Shown here: positions 57,064-64,000 of the stretch, piece after piece
How positions within the stretch are numbered: position 1 is the first letter of the stretch
Layout: every line of letters begins with the position of its first letter
DNA from: a virus
IMG/VR virus record: IMGVR_UViG_3300032093_000041
Span: 32,001 to 96,000 of that record
Strand: one strand, 5' to 3'
Length of the DNA stretch: 64,000 nt
Position numbers and translations under genes: made by a program
Notes under the pieces: generated by a model
The model's database searches: none
Told to the model about the DNA's origin: nothing
What the model saw: the letters and a program-made list of their open reading frames with translations, nothing else

Positions 57064-58092
57064 TTAGTTTAGCACCAAGGAGTGTGTAAGCAACTTTTTC
57101 TGAGTAACACTTGATGTGTCGTCCATTGACGCGATGGCATTGCTTACTTTGTCATCAGTTCTGTTGTGGTCTAGGTACTCCGCCACCGCGTTATACAGCG
57201 ACCAGCCGTTGAATCCGTAGCTTCCGGCGTTGCGTTCATTCACATAGATTCCCAGAACCTGGTCGAGCAGTTCTTCCCTGTTCTTCTTTTGTCTAGATGA
57301 TTCATCACGCTGCGCAGGGAATACGCCATTCAATACATCGCTAAGCTTTTTACTGCGTAATGGCGCACTTATAGCAAGCATTCTTTCCGCTTCAGCGCGG
57401 AACTTATCGGACCATGTTGTCGAGAGGTGCAGAACAGTGCGGGCGTCTTCTATAACGGTGTCAACGTTTCTTGTGTGACGTGCTGTGAATACACGCTGTG
57501 CATTCTTGAGACCAAGCACGACTGTGTTGTTGCATACGGCCCTGATATCTGTGTTGGCATACCGGATAGGCCACACGCCATCATGGCCAGTCGACACAAC
57601 TAGATAGCGAGCCACTTTGTCGTTGACACCTGCAGGGTCAATGAAGGTAGCGCTCAGTTCAATGGTTGCAAAGAATCTTGCTCCGCCCCTTAGGCAACCA
57701 ACAGTATCCATTACCGCATCGTCTGGAGACGCCCCAACTACAGCGATGGCTCGCTCTAGAACTTCCCTGTTCTGACGCACCACATACCTGGTTCCAACCG
57801 TTGCGAGTGGCTCAATAGACCCATCAGAATTCTGACGTACTGTTGCCCGGCTGTCATCGATGAGAACTACGGAACCATCGGAATTGCGTATCAGTTCGCC
57901 ATTGTCGTCCACTGCTGCTACACGTGTCAGCAGCACGTCATAGTCGGCCTCTGCAGCCTGAAGCATGGCGTCAACCGTCTGCAAACCCTCCATGGGAGCC
58001 CCAAGTCGATGCCAGGGAATAACCCTGTCTCCACCGAGGGCATAAGCCATTCTAGCCTTGCCGTTTTTTGTGAAATCCAGTTCATGACTCAT
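57064..58092 (-). CDS. DUF932/DUF945 family protein
   Basis: PWHRLG, YVVRQN, STGHDG, IRAVCNNT, RHT, WSLYNAVAEYLDH. Confidence 0.88.
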   Translation of the reverse strand: MSHELDFTKNGKARMAYALGGDRVIPWHRLGAPMEGLQTVDAMLQAAEADYDVLLTRVAAVDDNGELIRNSDGSVVLIDDSRATVRQNSDGSIEPLATVGTRYVVRQNREVLERAIAVVGASPDDAVMDTVGCLRGGARFFATIELSATFIDPAGVNDKVARYLVVSTGHDGVWPIRYANTDIRAVCNNTVVLGLKNAQRVFTARHTRNVDTVIEDARTVLHLSTTWSDKFRAEAERMLAISAPLRSKKLSDVLNGVFPAQRDESSRQKKNREELLDQVLGIYVNERNAGSYGFNGWSLYNAVAEYLDHNRTDDKVSNAIASMDDTSSVTQKKLLTHSLVLN

Positions 58093-58239
58093 ATAAATTC
58101 ACCTGGAGTCACAATAGCAGCAAGGGTTTGCGGGGGGCGGAAGAATTTTTGTGATATGGGGGTTGCAAATCTCTCAAACTCGTGTTTATCCTATATCCAG
58201 CTTCGGCAAAGTGCTGAAGCCTTACTTGAAGGAAAACCT

Positions 58240-59271
58240 ATGAGTACCAATGGTTCCGATGCGGCGAAGACATCCGCAACTGGCACGGCAGACACCGTGA
58301 AAATTGCGAGCACAGGTGTCCAAACCCTCGGCTCATATCGTCAAGACAGCCGTGGGCTGACAATGAATGACATCGTCGTCATGTCTCTCACCCAGCCAGG
58401 CTCTGTCATGAAGGCAACTGTTAACCCAGAGCTTGCCCAAGCAATGCTGGAGACCATCAACGGGGAAAACCGTCCATTGTCCCATGCACGTGTCAAGCAG
58501 TATGCAGACGTGCTTACTCGCGGGCAGTATGTGTTCAACGGCGAGTCAATCCAAGTAGGAGTCAAGGCAGACAACACCTTGGTTCTTTTGAATGGCCAGC
58601 ACCGTCTGAGTGCATGCGTGGCTGCAGGCATTTCGTTCGAGACAGTCCTTGTTCTGGGTCTTCCGCACAACGTCTTCTCCACGATTGACCGTGGCAAGAC
58701 TCGTAGCTACGCCGACGTTCTGTCCGTTGCTGGATACAAGAACACCCACAACATTCAGCCCGCTGCACGTATCCTCGTAGCAATGGAAGCTGGATTCAGC
58801 CCAACCGTTCGCTCCACGCTGAACCTTGTCACAGCAGAAGACATCCTGCGTTTCGTTGACGATAACCATGACTTGCTTCAGGAAGCGCATTCAGTTTCCA
58901 GCCGCATTACTTCTGTTGTTGGTGGCGTCAATAGCGCATGGGTTATCGCCTACTGCGTGATGCTCCAGGAACGTCAGAAAGCTGGTCACAGCGGTATCGA
59001 GGTTGCTCAGTTCTGTCACGCAATCGAGACAGGTGCTGGCCTGTCGTTTGGTAACCCAGCCTTGGCTCTCCGCCAGTGGTTTGGTCGTGGCGGCTCGAAG
59101 CGTAAAGGCCAGTCAGGCAAGAACGTCTTGGAAGCAGCAACCATCATCACAGCATTCAACAAGTGGGTTAATGGCGACCAACTCCAGATTGTGCGCCCAT
59201 GGTCACAGGACTCAACTGAGTTCCCATCAGTAAACACCTCGCCTCTCAGCCCAACAGCGAGCTGGCACTAA
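58240..59271 (+). CDS. ParB-like / DGQHR-type domain protein
   Basis: NRPLS...LLNGQHRLSA...IDRGKTRS. Confidence 0.75.
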   Translation: MSTNGSDAAKTSATGTADTVKIASTGVQTLGSYRQDSRGLTMNDIVVMSLTQPGSVMKATVNPELAQAMLETINGENRPLSHARVKQYADVLTRGQYVFNGESIQVGVKADNTLVLLNGQHRLSACVAAGISFETVLVLGLPHNVFSTIDRGKTRSYADVLSVAGYKNTHNIQPAARILVAMEAGFSPTVRSTLNLVTAEDILRFVDDNHDLLQEAHSVSSRITSVVGGVNSAWVIAYCVMLQERQKAGHSGIEVAQFCHAIETGAGLSFGNPALALRQWFGRGGSKRKGQSGKNVLEAATIITAFNKWVNGDQLQIVRPWSQDSTEFPSVNTSPLSPTASWH

Positions 59272-59378
59272 ATACCCATAGCGATAATCGCGTCCAGTGA
59301 GGCGCGCTCGCTATAATCGGTTGTACCACCGTCGGGAAAAGTTCGAACTCCCGGCGGTGGACTTCCAGGAAGGAAAAT

Positions 59379-59630
59379 ATGCCTGTCGAATACGGCCACG
59401 GCCACAAAGAGTATGTTTCTAGCGACAGCTCTACCGTTACTCAATACACAAAGTGGTTTGTTCTCAACAACTATGAGTACGTCATCCATTTTTCTAATAA
59501 CAAGTTCACAATCCATGCTCATAGTCTCACGACAGGAACAACTACAAAGTGTGAGCCCGGAGACAGCCTTGAACAGGCTTACCAACACGCATACTCAAAA
59601 CTGCGCGCTATTAACACCCAGGAGGGGTAA
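59379..59630 (+). CDS. Hypothetical protein
   Basis: AGGAAGG SD; TAATG overlap with the next gene. Confidence 0.6.
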   Translation: MPVEYGHGHKEYVSSDSSTVTQYTKWFVLNNYEYVIHFSNNKFTIHAHSLTTGTTTKCEPGDSLEQAYQHAYSKLRAINTQEG

Positions 59631-60052
59631 TGCAAACATTTGTTCCTTACGCAGACTTTCAGAAGTCAGCAAAGGTTCTTGACTACCGCCGTCTTGGCAA
59701 GCAACGTGTTGAGACTCTTCAGCTCGTCCGTTGCAACCTTGAAGTGTCACTCGGGTGGAAAAACCATCCTGCTGCGAAGATGTGGGCAGACAATGTCAAC
59801 GGGTTGATTGCCTATGGAGTCGCTATGTGTGATGCATGGCTTGACCTTGGCTACAAAGACACGTGTCGTGACAAGCTTCTTTCTTATGGAGAAGCAGACG
59901 CTACTGACCTGCCATTCTGGTGGGGAGATGAATCTGTACACAGTTCACACCGCTCTAATCTTCTCCGCAAAGACCCGTCTTTTTATTCCCAATGGGGGTG
60001 GACGGATGACCCAGAAGCACCATACGTCTGGCCAGAAATAGTGTCGGCATGA
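59630..60052 (+). CDS. MSMEG_6728 / pyrimidine-dimer DNA glycosylase-like protein
   Basis: MQTFVPY...LDYRRLGKQRVE...HPAAKMW...HSSHRSNLLRKD. Confidence 0.85.
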   Translation: MQTFVPYADFQKSAKVLDYRRLGKQRVETLQLVRCNLEVSLGWKNHPAAKMWADNVNGLIAYGVAMCDAWLDLGYKDTCRDKLLSYGEADATDLPFWWGDESVHSSHRSNLLRKDPSFYSQWGWTDDPEAPYVWPEIVSA

Positions 60053-61200
60053 CACGCCAACGATTATTCCTTGATATCAACTGTGTAGATGCAGCGCGAG
60101 AGCGTATGCGCCATGTGTACGACACGTTTGACACTGTATGCGTCCAGTTCTCCGGCGGGAAAGACAGCACGGCTGTGCTGTACCTCGCCAAGGAGATACA
60201 CGAAGAGCGTGGTCTTGGGCCCGTGAAAGTTATCTTTCGCGACGAAGAGATGGTCTCTCCTGCTGTAGTGAAGTTTATTGAAGAAGTACGCAACTACGAC
60301 TGGGTTGACATGGAGTGGTATTGCTTGCCATCAGGTCAAGAGGTGTGGGTTCTTGGACGCCGAGAGTACTGCTTGCTTTGGTCTCCATACCGCGAATCGC
60401 AAGGGCGATTGGTCCGCGAGATGCCACCTTGGGCAATCACAGCAGAACATTTTGGCCTAGACCGCAAAGAAGTGCTGCCACAGTCAATCGACTACTACAC
60501 AATGCAGGGCAAGAAGGGTCGAGTCGCGTTCATCACGGGTGTTCGTGCAAATGAATCAATGATTCGCTATCGCTCGTGCGTGCAAAAGCTCCACGAGAAC
60601 TACATCGTGACGCCCTACAAGATGAAGAAAAACATACCTCTTCGGTTTGCTAAAGTTATATATGACTGGACAACCGATGATGTGCTTAAATTCATTACTG
60701 AGGAGCACGGTGCGTCGTACTGTGAGTACTATGACCTCGCTGCACTTACAGGGTCTAATACCCGGGTTGGTATACCTCTCCATGCTGTGGCAATTCGAAG
60801 ACTCAATGATGTCTGCCGTACGGAGCCAGATTTCTATGACCGACTCTATGAATGCTTCCCCCACATCGACGCCCAACGGCGACTCTGGGCAGACTACGAC
60901 CTAGATGCCAGAATCATGCAGTACGCATCTGGTGGTTGGGAAGGTGTTCGTCGTTGCATTGAGGAGAACGTAGTTACTCCTGGCCTCCGCAACAGAGCCA
61001 TGGCTTACTGTTCAGAGTTCCGCAAGAAACACAACAAGGACCCGCGCTCTTACCCGTTGCATTGGTTAGTACGCAACCTTCTCATCCATGAGTTCAACAT
61101 CAGTTCTGTGACCCCTATTGGGCCGGGCACTCGTGCGTACACAATTCAGGCACAAATAGACGAGTCACTTGACCGATTTGATGAGATTGTTGATAGCTGA
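60049..61200 (+). CDS. PAPS-reductase-family PP-loop protein (YbdN/IbrA-like)
   Basis: QFSGGKDS, FRDEE, GVRANES..R, IYDWTTDDV. Confidence 0.85.
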   Translation: MTRQRLFLDINCVDAARERMRHVYDTFDTVCVQFSGGKDSTAVLYLAKEIHEERGLGPVKVIFRDEEMVSPAVVKFIEEVRNYDWVDMEWYCLPSGQEVWVLGRREYCLLWSPYRESQGRLVREMPPWAITAEHFGLDRKEVLPQSIDYYTMQGKKGRVAFITGVRANESMIRYRSCVQKLHENYIVTPYKMKKNIPLRFAKVIYDWTTDDVLKFITEEHGASYCEYYDLAALTGSNTRVGIPLHAVAIRRLNDVCRTEPDFYDRLYECFPHIDAQRRLWADYDLDARIMQYASGGWEGVRRCIEENVVTPGLRNRAMAYCSEFRKKHNKDPRSYPLHWLVRNLLIHEFNISSVTPIGPGTRAYTIQAQIDESLDRFDEIVDS

Positions 61201-61605
61201 AGGTCCGAGAAAAACCATCGCCTGAGAGACGCTTAGTGACCCGTTATCGCTTTCGGTAACAATCAACTCAACATCCGCCACAGTAACCCCAAGTGCTGCC
61301 GCCAAAGAAGCCCTGGTTCGTCCAATGTCTTGCTCGTATGATGCGATTTCTGTAGCAAGTTCATCGTGTATGTCAGCAACGTCCACAAAGACGGTTGGCT
61401 TTACAGCGAGCTGAGTTAGGGTTTCTTGAGCTATTTGCGCCTTGACGCACCCGGTGCATGAGATAGCGCTCGTGGACGCATGTCGCTTACGTATCTCCGT
61501 GTGTCCACATTCGAGTCTATGGAGATACTCAACGTTTCCCCAGCTTCCGGTCTTTATGATGTCAACGACATTACGCTGTGGCGCGCTCTTCTTATTAATC
61601 TTCAT
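61165..61605 (-). CDS. Hypothetical Zn-ribbon protein
   Basis: LECGH...CTGC. Confidence 0.6.
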   Translation of the reverse strand: MKINKKSAPQRNVVDIIKTGSWGNVEYLHRLECGHTEIRKRHASTSAISCTGCVKAQIAQETLTQLAVKPTVFVDVADIHDELATEIASYEQDIGRTRASLAAALGVTVADVELIVTESDNGSLSVSQAMVFLGPSAINNLIKSVK

Positions 61606-61757
61606 CGTCGTCAAACATATCAACGATTATGCGTGAGAATTCAAGAAACGCTGGGGTAATCCTAAAGAGAGGCTCACCGTCATCATTGTCTCCCAAATAT
61701 TCAACAAGCCCGTTTTCAAGCATGAAAAAGATTTGCCACTCGGTTTCCCACTCGGCG

Positions 61758-63713
61758 TCATCCATCCACTCCATTCATCTTGCTCCGGCGCAGGCCTTCG
61801 GCAAGGAAATCGAGCACAAGCTGTTGGTTTCCATCACTAAATTCTACATCGCTACCTTCGGTTGCTTGATTCACAACGTCGCGCTTTGATTCGATAAGAC
61901 CATAAATCTTTTCGTCGATAGTTCCCTCGGCAAGAATGTATGTGGACATCACTGAGCCTTTCTGCCCAAGGCGATGGCACCGACTGTAGGTCTGGTCAAC
62001 ATCAGCAGGTGTCCATGGCATTTCTACAAAGACAACATCCTGTGCTGCCGTGAGTGTGTGACCTGTCTTGGCAGCCTGAATCGAGAGCACCATCACGGGT
62101 GCTTCGTCAATGGATTCAGCTTGGAAGATGCGCTTGTTCTCTTCGACTTCTTCTACCTTCATGCCACCCTGAATTTTCAAGCCCCCATACTTCTTTGCAA
62201 TGAGGTCGACAATTTCGCGGTGATGTGCAGCGACAACAACCTTGTCGCCACCGGCCAGCTTGCCATCAATCCACTCAAAGACTGTATCCATCTTCGCTTT
62301 TGCGGCTAGTCGGCGCAGAACAGAAATGCGAACTAGGTGTTCGTTTGACTCTGCTTTGATGCGGGCTACGACAGCAGCGGAATATGGAGACTTGCCGAGT
62401 TCTTTAGCCAACTCTTTAGCGCGATTGGCCATGTATTCAATAATGTCATCTTCGGCTTTGGTGTACTCGGCCATGGCTGTCGGGTTGGGCGCAACGACAA
62501 TCTTTGAGTGGCGAACTGGCGGCAGCTCTTCGAGAACATCGGCTTTAATACGACGGATGTAGCACTGACTACGCAGCATGTCGTTGAGTTCATCAAGGTG
62601 AGACGAGCCGTCGATGTGCCACTGCCCGAATCTGTCACGGAAAGCCGCACAGTATCGTCGGTAGAAACCCCATAGGCCACCGAATTTGTTTAGGTTACCT
62701 AAGATGTCAAGCTGAGCCGCGTATTCGGCTGGTCGGTTTGTGATTGGCGTGCCGGTTAGACACAGAACTATTCCTTCTTTGGGAGCGGAACGCGCCATCT
62801 TTATGGCCGCCTTGGTACGTTTTGCTGTTGGCGTCTTTGCGTAGTGGCTCTCGTCATACACATATGACCGATGGCCCTTAAGATGGTTTTGCCAGTGGTC
62901 AATATTGCTATACCCCACAACGACAACATCATAAGTGCCCGGCTCCGGCAGGTCCTTGCGGTTTGTTACCGTTGCAACCCGTCTGTGTGGGAGCCACTTC
63001 TCGTACTCCTTAGCCCAGTTGAGCACCAGTGTCGGAGGACATACAACTACGGCTGGGTAGGAATCGTGAACGTATTCAAGAGTAGCGATGGCCTGCATGG
63101 TTTTTCCAAGCCCCATGTCGTCTGCGATAAAACAACGACGCGCATTGGCGGCATACTTAACTCCGGCTCGCTGGTACGGCAGAAGGTTGCCCTGCAGTCC
63201 TGGTATTTCGATTTCCGCATCTTTTGCTCGTGACGCCGCAATGGTTTCGTTTTTGCTCCGCTCCATAACCCCAGCAATAGCTCGAACACGTTCGGCTATG
63301 GGTTCATCGAACTTCTCTGCCCATGCGATGGCGTCGTGGATGGCAGCAAGCGGTACACGCCACGCTTTGGTTGGTGGGTGCCATGTTACTGATGGCAACG
63401 ATTTAACCGACCGAACCTTTACCGGGTCGTAATTGAAACTTAGGTACACCCAATCATCGTCGACATAAACACCCTGAGCCTTGTTGGTTGACTCCGGCAG
63501 GTTGAACTTGAGAACTTCGTTATCGATTTTGAACCGATGTAGTTCGGCAAACACCCTGGCTTCATGAAGACTGGTCATCGGTATGCGCCATACTTTGGCG
63601 ACCTTGTCCCACTTTGCCCCCGGCACAGCTTTCACCTGCGCTACTTGCTCAGCGTTATAAGGGAAGGACGCCGCTAGGTGGTCGTCCCATAAAAAGAGAG
63701 TGCTATCATCCAT
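61758..63713 (-). CDS. SNF2-family helicase with two N-terminal HARP-like repeats (SMARCAL1-like)
   Basis: FPYNAE..VKAVPGAKWD and FNYDPV..VKSLPSVTWH; ADDMGLGKT, DESH, LTGTP, RCHRLGQ. Confidence 0.9.
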   Translation of the reverse strand: MDDSTLFLWDDHLAASFPYNAEQVAQVKAVPGAKWDKVAKVWRIPMTSLHEARVFAELHRFKIDNEVLKFNLPESTNKAQGVYVDDDWVYLSFNYDPVKVRSVKSLPSVTWHPPTKAWRVPLAAIHDAIAWAEKFDEPIAERVRAIAGVMERSKNETIAASRAKDAEIEIPGLQGNLLPYQRAGVKYAANARRCFIADDMGLGKTMQAIATLEYVHDSYPAVVVCPPTLVLNWAKEYEKWLPHRRVATVTNRKDLPEPGTYDVVVVGYSNIDHWQNHLKGHRSYVYDESHYAKTPTAKRTKAAIKMARSAPKEGIVLCLTGTPITNRPAEYAAQLDILGNLNKFGGLWGFYRRYCAAFRDRFGQWHIDGSSHLDELNDMLRSQCYIRRIKADVLEELPPVRHSKIVVAPNPTAMAEYTKAEDDIIEYMANRAKELAKELGKSPYSAAVVARIKAESNEHLVRISVLRRLAAKAKMDTVFEWIDGKLAGGDKVVVAAHHREIVDLIAKKYGGLKIQGGMKVEEVEENKRIFQAESIDEAPVMVLSIQAAKTGHTLTAAQDVVFVEMPWTPADVDQTYSRCHRLGQKGSVMSTYILAEGTIDEKIYGLIESKRDVVNQATEGSDVEFSDGNQQLVLDFLAEGLRRSKMNGVDG

Positions 63714-63751
63714 TGCGATATCAATTCTAATCCGCTAAGGAATAAAAAACA

Positions 63752-64000
63752 ATGAGCGAAGAGCGTTTTTATGACCCTGAAGACGTAGCACGGTCTTGGA
63801 CCGAACTGCACGTGGCTCTTAATGCTGGCTACAAAAATGACCCGCATACAATTGAGTACCTCGAACTACTCCAGGCGGTCAGATGGATGATGCCACGCCT
63901 CATGGCTTACATGTCAGAAGACATATGGTGTGCCGGGTGGCTGGAAAACTTGCACGAGGCTCTCTCCAAGCAGTTCCCCGCCATCGACGTTGCCGCAAAG
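63752..64000 (+). CDS. Hypothetical protein, 3'-truncated
   Basis: AAGGA SD; open to the end of the window. Confidence 0.55.
   Translation, partial: MSEERFYDPEDVARSWTELHVALNAGYKNDPHTIEYLELLQAVRWMMPRLMAYMSEDIWCAGWLENLHEALSKQFPAIDVAAK

Noticed and set aside
59326-59360. Possible tRNA from the GTTCGAA motif
   Set aside because: Only a single hairpin, with no D arm or anticodon arm.

Overview
This window is part of a large tailed-phage (Caudoviricetes) genome. The host is probably an actinobacterium, inferred from two WhiB genes, an Rpf-type muralytic domain, an MSMEG_6728-like gene and leaderless promoters. The left half (1-36.3 kb, all + strand) is a head-morphogenesis region ending in an HK97-fold major capsid gene. 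It contains four giant ORFs (1723, 2450, 1267 and 3927 aa) built from unrelated enzyme modules: DEDDh exonuclease, zincin, DUF3626-like x2, ART-like, OGFr-like, Nudix, HTH array, J-domain, zeta-toxin-like kinase and GNAT x2. Main discovery: these modules are separated by a pentapeptide, ISGRM (12 exact copies plus about 10 variants), conserved at protein level and not at DNA level. This points to processed phage polyproteins or cassette arrays of virion-delivered effectors. The giant proteins also share N-terminal motifs (LEVK then RCP-x7-[QR]FT-x6-C; a 35-aa DxDxDG module), and each is translationally coupled to a small downstream ORF. The right half holds a dual-domain muralytic enzyme, SSB, 10 tRNAs mostly reading A-ending codons (including a rare Ile-UAU), class II RNR, thioredoxin, primase-helicase, a HARP/SNF2 helicase and accessory genes. 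All domain calls come from motif recognition by eye; no database search was run.
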